Part shown: in pieces, positions 1 through 13,175 of the stretch | Numbering within the stretch: position 1 is the stretch's first letter | How the letters are laid out: each line of letters begins with the position of its first letter | Source: Anaeramoeba ignava BMAN | Taxonomy: Eukaryota; Protista; Anaeramoebae | NCBI GenBank assembly: GCA_028826165.1 | Contig: JAPDFW010000065.1 | Coordinates: 186,001 to 250,000, forward strand | Direction of reading: 5' to 3' | Length of the DNA stretch: 64,000 nucleotides | Program-made: the position numbers and the translations under genes | The notes under the pieces: generated by a model | What the model saw: the letters and a program-made list of their open reading frames with translations, nothing else | Databases searched by the model: none | What the model was told of the DNA's origin: nothing

Positions 1-1417
1 CATGAGGAAGAAATGGAGAAGCAAAAGAAAAGCATGATTGAGAACAAAACACAAGCAGAATTGCTACAAAAAATAAATCTTGAGCAAGGAATGAAGTATA
101 CACAAGAACTAAGTCAACTCAGAAACGAAAAGAACAGTCTTTCAATCGATCTTGTTAAGGCTCTTGATCAGGTTGAGCGATTGCAGAATAAGATACGTGA
201 GGCAGAGTCTACTTTCCTCACTTTTAGAACCCAGGAATTGGACAAACAAAACGAACAAATTATGATTCTTAAAAAAAATACAAACTCATTATTTCAATAT
301 AATTCTAATTTGGAAAAGGAAAACAAAAAAATACACAACGAAATTACGAATTTGATTGAAAATGAGAAAATTTCCCAAGAAATTAAAAACAAAATCTTGC
401 GTATTTTGCATACAGAAGAACAAACAAATGAATCAATTGAATCAATTATAAATCTTGCAAATTTTGATTATCAAAAAGCTTCAAATCAACAAATTATTGA
501 AGAGAATGAAATGTTAAAATCCCATAATTCAAAACTTCAAGAAAGAATGGATTTAATTTCCCAACATTTGGATCAATTAGATGGATTTCAATCAGAAAAT
601 TTAATTCTTTCTCAATTAAAATCACAATTAGAACTCAAAAATCAAGAAAATAATCAACTTGTTATTCATCTTTCTGAATTTGAAAATAAAATTGATTTTC
701 TTGAGAATGAAAAGGATAATTTAAATCAAGAAATTTTTAAATTGAAACAACAAAAACAAAAACAAAAACAAAAACAAAATGAAATTGAAGAAGAAAATAA
801 AAAACAAAAACAAAATGAAGAAGAAAATAAAAAACAAAAACAAATTGAAGAAGAAAATAAAAAAATTGAAGAAGAAAATAAAAAAATTGAAGAAGAAAAA
901 CAAAAACAAATTGAAGAAGAAAAACAAAAACAAATTGAAGAAGAAAAACAAAAACAAATTGAAGAAGAAAATAAAAAAATTGAAGAAAATAAAAAAATTG
1001 AAGAAGAAAAGCAAAAACCTATTAATCAAGATCCTGATGAAGATTTTAAACAACAAATCATGAAAGATTTTGAAAAATCTAAAAAGGAAAAAGTATATGA
1101 TTTTTATATTGAACTTTTAAAGAATCCAAAAAAAAAATCCCGATTTTCAAGAAAAAGAAAATGGGAGAAAAAATTATTAACAATTCGTGATAATTCCTTT
1201 TGAAGTAAGAAATATAGATACAAGACAAATTGAAAGAACTTTTGGTTTTTCCTCTTTAACAGTTAAACCAGAAGTTTGTAATGATCGTAAATTTACTTTT
1301 ATTATTTCTATTCCTGCTGGTGATTTTCTTTTTTCTGCTTTAAATGATTTGGAAAAAAAAGAAATCAATCGATTAATTAAAGAAAGAAAAGCAAATAAAT
1401 CAAAAGGTTTAAAATGA
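1..1417 (+). CDS. Coiled-coil protein with C-terminal PH-like domain (5'-partial; 1-nt frameshift in T-run at ~1200)
   Basis: Frame is open from base 1. Heptad/EK-rich coiled coil and QKQIEEE repeats. Joining ORFs 13..1203 and 1187..1417 gives a PH-like segment (KRKWEKKLLTIRDNSF-EVRN...FTFIISIPAGDFLFSALNDLEKKEINRLI). Confidence 0.6.
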
Positions 1418-1505
1418 ATTTTTAATTTTTAATTTTTAATTTTAATTTCAAAAATAAATTCAAAAAAAAATTATTTTCATTTTTTTCTTTTTTTTTTTTT
1501 TTAAA

Positions 1506-4500
1506 ATGAAAAATAATTTAAAAAATTCTAAAAATAAAAAAAGAAAAATTGAAAATGATTCAATTATTCCTTCTGAAAATGATTCAGAATCTTCAGAAAT
1601 TGAAGATGAAACTGCAGATCTTTTAACAACTCAATTTCAAACAGATATTGCTAAAACATTACAATTAATTAGAGAAAAAAATCCTATAATTTATTCAGAA
1701 AAACCTAATTTTTTTCAAAAAAAATATAAAATTGAAGAAAATGTTAATCAAATTGATAAAAATAATGTTATTCAAGAAGAACAAAAGAAAAAAGTTCTTC
1801 AATCAATTCATTCAGAAGTTAAAAAGTTAGAGAATGATGATGATTTTTTTGTTATTAAAAAGAAATCAGAAGAAGAAAAAGAAAAAGATGATCAAGAATA
1901 TCAAAATTTTATATCAAATCAAAAAGAAAAGGTTTATATTTAAAATATAAATATAAATATAAATATAATTAGAAAATTAAATATAAATATAAATATAATT
2001 ATAAATATAATTATAAATATAAATATTAATCTAAATATAAATCTAAATATAAATATAAATATAAATATAAATATAAATATAAATATAAATATAAATATAA
2101 ATATAAATATAAATATTTAAAATATAAATATAAATATAAATATAAATATAAATATAAATATAAATATAAATATAAATATAAATATAAATATAAATATAAA
2201 TATAAATATAAATATAAATATAAATATAAATATAAATATAAATATAAATATAAATATAAATATAAATATAAATATAAATATAAATATAAATATAAAATAT
2301 AAATATAAATATAAATATAAATATAATTATAAATATAAATATAAATATAAATATAAATATAAATATAAATATAAATTATAAATATAAATAAATATAAATA
2401 TAAATATAAATATAAATATAAATATAAATATAAATATAAAATATAAATATAAATATAAATATAAATATAAATATAAACATAAATCATAAACATAAATATA
2501 AATATAAATATAAATATAAATCTAAATATAAATATAAATATAAATATAAATCTAAATATAAATATAAATATAAACATAAATATAAATATATAAAACAAAA
2601 TAAAACAAAAAAAATAAAATAAATATAAATATAAATATAAATATAAATATAAATATAAATATAAATATAAATATAAATATAAATATAAATATAAATATAA
2701 AATATAATTAAAATATAAATATAAATATAAATATAAATATAAATAAAAATAAAATAAATAAACATAAATAAATAAATATTATAAACATAAATAAATATAA
2801 ATATAAAATATTTAAAATAAATATAAATATAAATATAAATAAATATAAATATAAACATAAATATAAATATAAATATAAATATAAATATAAATATAAATAT
2901 AAATATAAAAAAAATATAAAATAAACAAATATAAAATAAATATAAAATAAAACATAAATATAAAATCTAAATATAAACATAAACATAAATAAATATAAAT
3001 ATAAATATAAATATAAACATAAAATAAATATAAAAATATAAAATATAAAATCAAATATAAAATAAATATAAAAAAAAAAATATAAATATAAATATAAATA
3101 TAATAAAAAAACATAAACATAAAAAATAAATATAAAATAAAAATAAACATAAACATAAATATAAATATATAAACATAAATAAATATAAAAATAAATATAA
3201 AATATAAACATAAACATAAATATAAAATAAACATAAAATAAACATAAATATATAAATATATAAACATATAAATATAATATAAATATAAATATAAATATAA
3301 ATATAAATATAAATATAAATATAAATATAAATATAAATAAATATAAATATAAAATATAAACATAAATATAAATATAAATATAAATATAAATAAAATATAA
3401 ATATAAATATAAATATAAATATAAATATAAAATAAATATAAATATAAATATAAATATAAATATAAAATATAAAATAAAATAAAAATAAACAAATATAAAA
3501 TAAAAATATAAATATAAATATAAATATAAATATAAATATAAATATAAATATAAATATAAAAACTAAATATAAATATAAAAATAAAATAAATATAAATATA
3601 AATAAAATAAAATATAAATATAAATATAAATATAAATATAAATATAAATATAAATATAAATATAAATCTAAATATAAATATAAATATAAATATAAATATA
3701 AATATAAATATAAATCTAAATATAAATATAAAAATAAATATAAATATAAATATAAATATAAATATAAATATAAATATAAATATAAATATAAATATAAATA
3801 TAAATATAAATATAAATCTAAATATAAATATAAATATAAATATAAATATAAATATAAATATAAATATAATTATAAATATAAATATAAATATAAATATAAA
3901 TATAAATATAAATATAAATATAAATATAAATCTATATCTAAATTCATTTATAAATTAAAATTTAAAAGGTAAAACAAGAAAAAGTTAGAAAAGAAACTTG
4001 GAAAAAATTTTTTGCAAAACAACCAAATGAAAGCAAAGAAGAACAATTTTTAAAAGATTATTTAGTTAATAAGCGATGGTTAGATGAATTCGAAGAAATA
4101 GAAGAAAACAACTTGGAAGATGAGAATTCATCTGAAAATGAAAGAGAAGATGATTATGAAAGAAGTTTTAATTTTAGATTTCAACATAAAAATTCTTCAA
4201 TTATTCAAAATTTTCCAAGAAATTTAGAATCTTCTAGAGAAAAGACAAACACTAGAAAAAAAGCAAGAGAAAGAAAAAAATTAAGAAAAATCCAAGAAAA
4301 ACAAGAAAGAGAAAAAAATATTCAAGATCAAAAACAAAAAATTCAAGAAAAAATTATGAAAAATTTAGAAGATCTTCAAAAACTTTCGGGAAAAAAAGAT
4401 TCTTTTACTTTTAAAGATTTTGATCCTGAATTAATAACATCAACAATTGCAGAACTTTTTGAAACTGTAGAAATAAAATTAAAATTAAAATTAAAATTTA

Positions 4501-5483
4501 AAATTAAAATTAAAATTAAAATTAAAATTAAAATTAAAATTAAAATTAAAATTAAAATTAAAATTAAAATTAAAATTAAAATTAAAATTAAAATTAAAAT
4601 TAAAATTAAAAAATTAAAATCAAAATTAAAATTAAAATCAAAATTAAAATTAAAATTAAAATTAAAATTAAAATTAAAATTAAAATTAAAATTAAAATTA
4701 AAATTAAAATTAAAATTAAAATTAAAATTAAAATTAAAATTAAAGGATGAAAATGATGATGAAAATGATGATGAAAAAGTTGATGAAAATGATGAAAAAT
4801 ATCAAAATCAACAAAAAATTATGAATTTAAGAAAAACTATTTTAAATGATATGGAAGAATATTCTAATTTAGAAGCAGAGGATGTTATTGATGATATTAA
4901 ATGTAGATTTCAATATCAAAAAGTTGATGCAGATTATTTTGGATTAACTCCTCAAGAAATTTTTGATTTTTCAACAGAAGAATTAAATGAAAGCATACCA
5001 AATCGTTATTTATCACCATATATTTCACCTGATGAATTGAAAGAAATGGAAAATAATCAAAAATCTAAATTAAATTTTAAAAAGAACAGAAATTTCAATC
5101 AGAATTCAAATCAAAATCAAAGATTTAATAGAAATCAAAATTCAAATCAAAATCAAAATCAAAGATTTAATAGAAATCAAAATCAAAATCAAAGATTTAA
5201 TAGAAATCAAAATTCAAATCAAAATAGAAATCAAAATAGAAATCAAAATAGAAATTTCAATCAAAATAGAAATTCAAATCAAAATAGAAATTTCAATCAA
5301 AGATTTAATTCAAATCAAAATAGAAATTCAAATCAAAGATTAAATAGAAATCAAAATAGAAATCAAAATAGAAATCAAAATAGAAATCAAAATAGAAATC
5401 AAAATAGAAATTCAAATAGAAATCAAAATAGAAATTCAAATCAAAATCAATCGAGAATGAATAGTTTCTTTTCACATAAATAA
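1506..5483 (+). CDS. KRI1: KRI1 family 40S ribosome biogenesis protein; exons 1506-1931, 3969-4466, 4746-5483
   Basis: GT-AG introns 1932-3968 and 4467-4745 restore the frame. KRI1 motifs [25 protein letters not shown] and C-terminal [19 protein letters not shown] are present. Confidence 0.85.
1932..3968 (+). repeat. (AAATAT)n microsatellite filling the 2037-nt intron 1 of KRI1
   Basis: Near-perfect AAATAT hexamers with degenerate AAACAT/AAAAT variants, bounded by GT (1932) and AAG (3968). Confidence 0.9.
4467..4745 (+). repeat. (AAAATT)n microsatellite intron 2 of KRI1 (279 nt, in-frame, stop-free)
   Basis: GTAG...TAAAG boundaries; translates as KIKI/KLKL in the ORF track. Confidence 0.8.
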
Positions 5484-5611
5484 TTAATAATTAATAATTA
5501 ATAATTAAAATTTTAAAAAAAAGAATAAAATAATCAAAAAGAAAAAATTTTTCAAACAAAAAAAATATTTTCATTTTTTTTCTTTTCAAAAAATTAAAAA
5601 TTAAAAAAAAA

Positions 5612-6714
5612 ATGAAAGATTATATAATTTTTCCCATTTTTATAGTTGGATTGTTAATAGGATCATTACTTTCATTAAATAATTCAAATATACTTGATAA
5701 ATGTCAAATGAATAGATATAAAAATATTGAAAAACATAATGAAATTATAGATTCAATGTTTATTCCAATTACTTCTTCTTTAATGTTGAAAATTTCTTTT
5801 GCTTTGGTTTTTTTTATTCATTTTCAACTTTATTTTTTCAACTTCCTTTTTCTGATTCTTTTTTGAATAATTTCCTTATTGTTGCTTATAATATTTTAAT
5901 TTCAAGTTTTTCTTTTGTTTGTTCAATTAACGCTCATTTTATTGTTGAACTTTTTAAAATGGTTTTTTCTGATTTAAATTGCAATATAAAATCCAACAGG
6001 TTATTTTAAAATTAAAATTAAAAATCAACAGGTTATTTTAAAATTCATTTATAAAATTAAATTCAAAATTAAAATTAAAATCAAAATTAAAATTAAAATT
6101 AAAAATAAAATCAAAATTTAAAATTAAATTAAAAAATTAAAATTAAAATTAAAATTAAAATTAAAATTAAAATTAAAATTAAAATTAAAATTAAAATTCA
6201 TTTTAAAATTAAATTTAATAGCATTTCAGGTCATTTTTCATATCATTCTTTCTGGATATTTTCATTACCATATTTAATCTTTTCATTTCAAAAATTTCAT
6301 CCATTTACAAATTTTCGATCCAAATTTTTAACAAAAACAAGTTTAATATTTTATATAATATTTTTGGCACATTCAATAATATCATTATCAAGAACATATT
6401 TTGGAGGATTTCATTCATTAAGACAAGTTATTTATGGTTTAATTAATGGAATAATTTGGCATTCTATTTTTGTTCTCCTTTTTAAACAAATTTCAACTCA
6501 AAAATCAAAAGCAACAAATTTAAAAAGAACTTTCAAAATTTTCATCATTTTGTTGATTTTAACTTTAATTTTATTTTCTTTTCTTGTTGTTTTCTCTCAA
6601 AAAGCTTTATCCATTTTAGATTTAATTGCTTTTGGAGTTGTTTTGTTTCTTATTTTCTTTTCTTTTTTTATATTAATGATTTTAGGAAAAAAGAATGAAA
6701 AGAAAGAAAATTAA
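5612..6714 (+). CDS. PAP2-superfamily multi-pass membrane phosphatase-like protein; intron 6000-6221, frameshift in T-run ~5810
   Basis: Splicing gives KSNSISGHFSYH (C2 SGH motif) and SRTYFGGFHSLRQVIYG (C3 SRxxxxxHxxxQ-like motif), with several hydrophobic helices. Confidence 0.65.
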
Positions 6715-6807
6715 AATTAAAATCAAAATTAAAATTAAAATTAAAATTAAAATTAAAATTAAAATTAAAATTCCAAAATCATTTTTTTCATTTTTTTCTT
6801 TTCAAAA

Positions 6808-8619
6808 ATGAATGATTGTTTATTTTTTGGTTTAAATAAAAATCCAAAACTTATCAAAAATAAACCAAAAAAAATAACAAAACCAATTCAATTTAAATTT
6901 GAAAATGAAAATGAAAATGAAAATGAAAATGAAAATGAAAAGCAAATTAAACAAATTTCTTCTTCCAATCATTCAACAATTTTCCTTTTTAAAAATGGAA
7001 AAGCAATAGAATATTTAAATGAAGAATATTCAAAACAAAATCCTGAAAAAATCCAAATTGAAGAAAATATTCAAAAAGTAACTGTTGGTGATGATAATGA
7101 AGCTATTTTAACAAAAGAAGGAAATGTATTTGCCAAAGGAGAAGATATTAATCCAGAAAATATAAAAGAATTTATCAATATTTCATCATTAATTGAAGAT
7201 ACAAATGATAGAATAATTGAAGATATTGTTGCTGGATGGAATTCAATTTATTTATTAACTTCAAATCAAAATGCTTATGGAATTGGTTCTAATTATGATG
7301 GTCAACTTGGTTTTGATTCTGAAACACTTAAAGAAACAGAAAACCAATTTTAATGATGAAAAATGTTTCTAAAATATTTTCAGGAAATTGTTCAACTTGT
7401 GTTTTTCTTTTAAATTCAAATCAAGAATTATTTGGATGTGGAGGAAATTTTTCAGGTAGACTTGGATTAGGAGAATCAATAAAAGAAGAAAGAATCCAAA
7501 AATTAACCAAAATCCAAAATATTCCAAAAGGTAAAATAATTGATATTAAATGTGGAAATTATCATTCAATAATGTTAATTGAAAATGAAAACGAAAATCC
7601 AAAAAGAAAACTTTATTCATGTGGTGATCATCAATATAATGGACTTGGCAAAAATGAAAAAACTTTTGAATTTACTGAAATCAAATCACCTTTATTTGAA
7701 AATGATGATAATATTCTTGATTTTTCTGTTACATATAAACATAATCTGATTTTAACAACAAAAGGGAAATTAATATCATTTGGAAATAATAATTGGGGAG
7801 AATTAGGAACCGGAGATACAAATGATCAATTAATTCCAATTCAAATTGAACTTCCTAAATTAAGATTTAATGAAAATATTTCTAATTATCATGTTCTTTG
7901 TGGTGCTTTTCATAAATCATTTCTTTATTATTCTCCTCCTTATTTTTCCAATCTTGAAGAAGATTTGATAAAACTATTTAAAAGAAAAGAATTTTGTGAT
8001 ATTTCATTTAAAACAGAAAATGGAGAAATAATTGAAGCTCATAAATTAATATTGAAATATAGATTAAATGAAAATCGAAAATGAAAATGAAAATCAAATT
8101 GAAAAACTTAAAGAAATTATTTCAAAAAAATCAATTAAAGAATCAAATCAAATATTTGAAATGATTTATTCAAACAGAATAATAAATCCAATATTATATT
8201 CTGAAATTAAAGAAATTATAAATTCAAATGAAAAAATTGAAGAAACAATGAAAAGAATTTATTTAAATGAAAATGAAAATGAAAATGAAAATGAAAAAGA
8301 TTTTATAATTGAAAGAAAAGAAAAACAATATAAATTTCCAAAATTAATATTAATAATGAGAAGTGAATTATATCGAGGAATGTTTTTATCTGTAACAAAT
8401 GATACTTCTAATAAAGTTACAGATTACAGTGAATTAAGTAATAAATCATTTCAAATATTTGAATATTGGATTTATTCAAATCAAATTAAAGATGAAATTC
8501 AAATTACACAAGAAATTATTGAAGAACTAGAAACTGGAATTGATTATTTTCAATTAAATCAAACAAATCCAAATTTATCTGATTTATTAATTAATAAATT
8601 TAATAATCAAAATCAATAA
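6808..8619 (+). CDS. RCC1-repeat beta-propeller + BTB/POZ domain protein, intronless (frameshifts ~7350 and ~8075)
   Basis: RCC1 repeats (GSNYDGQLG, GGNFSGRLGLG, GNNNWGELGTG), then BTB (FCDISFKTENGEIIEAHKLIL) and a second BTB-like half (FPKLILIMRSELYRGMF...FEYWIYS). Confidence 0.8.
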
Positions 8620-8634
8620 AGAAAATGAGAACAG

Positions 8635-9320
8635 ATTTAATTTAATATTTAATTTATAAATTAATTTGAAAATATAATTTAATATTTAATTTTATGTTTA
8701 AAATAATAATTTATTGTTTTAGATTTAAATATTTTATTATTTAAATATTTAACATATAAATATAAAAAATGAAAATAATTTTAATTTAATATTTAATAAG
8801 AAAATTAATTTAAAAAAATATAATTTAATATTTAATTCCATGTTTAAAATAATAATTTATTGTTTTAAATTTAAATATTTTATTATTTAAATATTTAACA
8901 TAAAAATATAAAAATAAGAATAGATTTAATTTAATATTTAATTTATAAATTAATTTAAAAATATAATTTAATATTTAATTTTATGTTTAAAATAATAATT
9001 TATTGTTTTAGATTTAAATATTTTTATTATTTAAATATTTAACATATAAATATAAAAATGAGAATAAGTTTAATTTAGTATTTAATTTGAAATTAATTTA
9101 AAATATAATTTAATATTTAATTTTATTATTAAAATAATAATTTATTGTTTTAGATTTATATATTTTATTATTTAAAAATTTAACATATAAATATAAAAAT
9201 AGGAATAAATTTAATTTAATATTTAATTTATAAATTAATTTAAAAATATAATTTAATATTTAATTTTATTATTAAAATAATAATTTAATGTTTTAGATTT
9301 AAATATTTTATTATTTAAAA
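8635..9320 (+). repeat. AT-rich tandem satellite, ~145-bp unit, ~4.7 copies
   Basis: The block TTATTGTTTTAGATTTAAATATTTTATTATTTAAATATTTAACATATAAATATAAAA recurs at ~8711, 8857, 9000, 9142 and (partly) 9286. Confidence 0.85.
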
Positions 9321-9699
9321 TATTTTGAAAATTGATTTTTGAAATTAAAATTTTATCTTTTTGAATTAAATTGAATTAATATTAATTTGGAAATTTGTTT
9401 TAAAATTTAAATTTATTAATAATTTTTAAATTCAAAAATTAAATTAAAAATTAAATTAAAATAATTTTCCTTTTTAATAATAAAAATTAATAAAAATAAT
9501 AATAATTTATTAATAAATTAATTTAAAATAATAAATTAAAAGAAAATTAAATTAATTATTAATTTAAATTTATTCTCATTTTTATATTTTTATTTATTTT
9601 CAAAATCCACTTTTTTTTCATTTTTTATTTAAATTTTTTTTTCATTTTTCCTTTTTAAAACAAAAAACAAAAAACAAAAAACAAAACACAAAAAACAAA

Positions 9700-11479
9700 A
9701 TGGATAATAATAATAATAATAACCAAATTCAAAATGCAAATCAAAATGAAAATCAAAATGAAAATGAAATGAAAAATTTAGAAAAAAAAGTAACAAAAAA
9801 TTTAATTAAAGATTATTCAAACCTTTTAAATGGAAATTCATTTAATGATTTTTCAATTTTTATTGAGAATAAATCAAATCCTTTCGAAATTAAAGTTCAT
9901 AAATCAATTTTATCTTCAAGATCTCCTTTTTTTAATGAATCATTAAGGCAAGAATCTCTTTCTATTTCTTTAAATCAATTTAATAAAAAAGAAATGGAAT
10001 CAATTTTGAGTTATATTTATTATGGAAATATTTCTTTTGAGAATCAAGAAAATCTTATTCAATTATTAGAAATTTCAATTTATTTTAAATTAAATTTATT
10101 GAAAAAGAAATTAAAAAAAAATTTTCAAATTCAATTAATTATTCAAATTTTTCCAATTTTTCCAAAATCGAAATTTAAATTCAAATGAAATTGAAATAAA
10201 ATGTTTTGAATTAATAAATCAAAAATTTTCCCAAATTCAAAATAATGAGAATTTATTCAATTTAACTAAAGAAGAAATTATCAAATTTATTCAATTTAAA
10301 CAAGAAAAAAAAGAAATTTTTCAATTTGATTTTTTTCAATTTTTAAATAATTGGATTAAAAAAAGAAATGAAAGATTAAAAGGAAAGAAAGAAAAAGAAA
10401 AAGAAAAGGGAATTGAAAAGAAAAGATTATTTCATTCTTTTTTTTCATTATTTGATAAAGATTCAATTTCAAAACAAGATTTTGATAAATTAAAACAATT
10501 TGATTTTTTTCCCAATTCTTTTTTAGTTGATATTCAAAACAAAGTTATTCAAGATAATCAAAAAGAAATTGAAGAGAAAGAGAAGGAAATTGAAGAGAAA
10601 TGGAAGAAAGAAGTTGAGAACAAAGAGAAAGAAAATCAACAAATGAAAATTGAAATTGAAGATAAATGGAAGAAAGAAATTGAAAACAAAGAGAAAGAAA
10701 ATCAACAAATGAAAATTGAAATTGAAGAGAAATTGAAGAAAGAAAAAAAAGAAATTGAAGAGAAATGGAAGAAAGAAGTTGAGAATAAAAACAAAGAAAT
10801 TGAAGAGAAATGGAAGAAAGAGAATGAAGATTTGAAAGAAGAGAATGAGAAAATGAAACCTGTTTTTGATGAATATGAAAAAGAATTTGAAGAAATCCAA
10901 AAGAAAATGGAACCAATCAAAAAGAATTTTCCTCAATTTTCAGAAACAAGAATTATTACAGAAGAAGAATATGTTAAGAAATTACAAGAATGGATAAATG
11001 ATAATGATTTTTTTTCTAAAATGAAAAAAGGATTTTCAGCAAAAAGAGATGGATTTAATTCTCAAAATTGGCATAAAGCAGTTGATGGGAAAGGAAAAAC
11101 ATTAGTTATTATCAAAACAAAACAAAATTTTATTTTTGGAGGTTTTACTCAAGTTGGATTTAATGGAGATACAGGATACATTAATGACTCAAATGCATTT
11201 ATTTTTTCATTAAGAAATGATAAAGGGGATAGAATACCTGCAAAATTTACTTGTAAAGAACCTCAATATTATGCGATTAATTCTTATTTAAATCATGGTC
11301 CAGATTTTGGTTATTATGATTTTCGTTTAGATTCTAATTTACAACCTGGTTATTCAAATTTTGGACGTAGTTATAATCTACCTAATGGAATTAAAGAAGG
11401 AACAGATGAAGCTAAAAGTTATTTAGCTGGTTCTCATAATTCATGGGTTGTTGATGAAGTTGAATCTTATTTCATTTAA
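9700..11479 (+). CDS. BTB/POZ + coiled-coil + TLDc domain protein, intronless (frameshift in A-run ~10120)
   Basis: BTB: FNDFSIFIENKSNPFEIKVHKSILSSRSPFF...ILSYIYYG. TLDc: FSAKRDGFNSQNWHKAVDGKGKTLVIIKT...FIFGGFT...FIFSL...GPDFG...VDEVE. Confidence 0.85.
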
Positions 11480-11944
11480 AAATTAATTAATAATAAGAAA
11501 ATCAAACTTTTTTTTTAATTTTTTTTTCAAAATTTAATTCAATTTTAATTTACTTTTGATCAAATTAATTTCTTTAAAATAATAAATAAGAAACAAATTT
11601 AATTTTAAATAATTTAATTTTAATTTAAAATATTTATTAAAAATTTAATTAATAAAAAATAATCCAAAAAAAAAAATAATAAATTTTAAAAATTGAATAT
11701 TTTTAATATAATAAATAAAAATAAAAATTGAAAATAGAAATTAATAATAATTAAATTTAAATTCATTAATTAAAATATTAAAATAAAAAAAATCAAATAA
11801 AATTTATTATTAATTAATATTTAAATATTAATAAATTATAATCAAAATCAAAAATAGAATAATTAGTAAATTATTTTTTTGAAAGTTTATCTTATTCAAT
11901 CATGTTAAATTCAATTTATTTAAAATTTTTAATTTTTAATTTTA

Positions 11945-12272
11945 TTTTTAATATATTTTATTATAATTAAAATTGGAATAATAAATAATTAAAAATATTA
12001 ATATAATAAATAAAAATATTATATTAAAATTAAAATAAAATAAATTTAAATTAAATTATTATTAAATATTATTAAAATTAAATATTTATCTTTATTAAAA
12101 TATTTATTCCACTTTTTAATATATTTTATTATAATTAAAATTGAAATAATAAATAATTAAAAATATTAATATAATAAATAAAAATATTAAATCAAATTAA
12201 AATAAAATAAATTTAAATTAAATTATTATTAAATATTATTAAAATTAAATATTTATCTTTATTAAAATATTT
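11945..12272 (+). repeat. Direct tandem duplication, ~165-bp AT-rich unit, 2 copies
   Basis: TTTTAATATATTTTATTATAATTAAAATTG(G/A)AATAATAAATAATTAAAAATATTAATATAATAAATAAAAATATTA... occurs at ~11946 and ~12114. Confidence 0.8.
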
Positions 12273-12284
12273 CAATTTTCTTCT

Positions 12285-12890
12285 CAATTTTATTAAATTA
12301 TTGGGAATAATTTTTATATTATTTTAAATAAAAGAAATATTAATAAAATATATAAAATATAATTAATTTTAAATTTAATTATTTAATATTCTTTATTCCA
12401 TTTTTGAAATAAATTAATGAAAAAATATTTTATTAATTTTATTTAAATTATTGAGAATAATTTTATATTATTTTAAATAAAGAAATATTAATTAAATATA
12501 TAAAATAGAATTAATTTTAAATTTAATTATTTAATATTCTTTATTCCATTTTGAAATAAATTAATTAAAATATTTTTATTAATTTTATTAAATTATTGGG
12601 AATAATTTTATATTATTTTAAATAAAGAAATATTAATAAAATATATAAAATATAATTAATTTTAAATTTAATTATTTAATATTCTTTATTCTATTTTTGA
12701 AATAAATTAATTGAAATATTTTATTAATTTTATTTAATTATTGGGAATAATTTTATATTATTTTAAATAAAGAAATATTAATAAAATATATAAAATATAA
12801 TTAATTTTAAATTAAATTATTTAATATTCTTTATTCCATTTTTGAAATAAATTAATGAAAAAAAGATTTTAAATTAATTTTATTAAATTA
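12285..12890 (+). repeat. Second AT-rich tandem satellite, ~147-bp unit, 4 copies
   Basis: TTG(G/A)GAATAA anchor at 12301, 12451, 12596 and 12741; ATTCTTTATTC(C/T)ATTTT recurs in each unit. Confidence 0.85.
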
Positions 12891-13105
12891 TCGAGGAATT
12901 TTTTATTGATACTTCTAATAAAGTTACAGATTATAGTGAATTAAGTAATAAATCATTTCAAATATTTGAATATTGGATTTATTCAAATCAAATTAAAGAT
13001 GAAATTCAAATTACACAAGAAATTATTAATGAAATTCAAATTGGAATTGATTATTTTCAATTAAATGAAACAAATCCAAATTTATTTGATTTATTAATTA
13101 ACAAA
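12889..13105 (+). pseudogene. Orphan 3' fragment of an RCC1-BTB gene (near-identical to 8370-8600)
   Basis: GATACTTCTAATAAAGTTACAGATTA(T/C)AGTGAATTAAGTAATAAATCATTTCAAATATTTGAATATTGG...CAAATCCAAATTTAT is shared with the 6808-8619 gene; no start or upstream exon. Confidence 0.8.
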
Positions 13106-13117
13106 TCCAAAAATTTT

Positions 13118-13173
13118 TTTTTCATTTTTTCATTTTTCATTTTTCATTTTTCATTTTTCATTTTTCATTTTTC
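13118..13173 (+). promoter_or_regulatory. Tandem (TTTTTCA)n Inr-like motif directly upstream of the Kelch ATG
   Basis: About eight TTTTTCA units end 2 nt before the ATG at 13176; the same TCATTT core precedes nearly all genes in the window. Confidence 0.5.
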
Positions 13174-13175
13174 AA

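Noticed and set aside
2026-3492. Minus-strand ORFs of YL/YI/FI dipeptides (64-226 aa)
   Set aside because: Antisense translations of the (AAATAT)n intron; no coding complexity.
7340-10130. Programmed ribosomal frameshifting or true pseudogenisation of RCC1-BTB, BTB-TLDc and other split genes
   Set aside because: Breaks are 1-nt indels mostly in A/T homopolymers scattered across unrelated genes, typical of long-read consensus error; cannot be called biological without reads.
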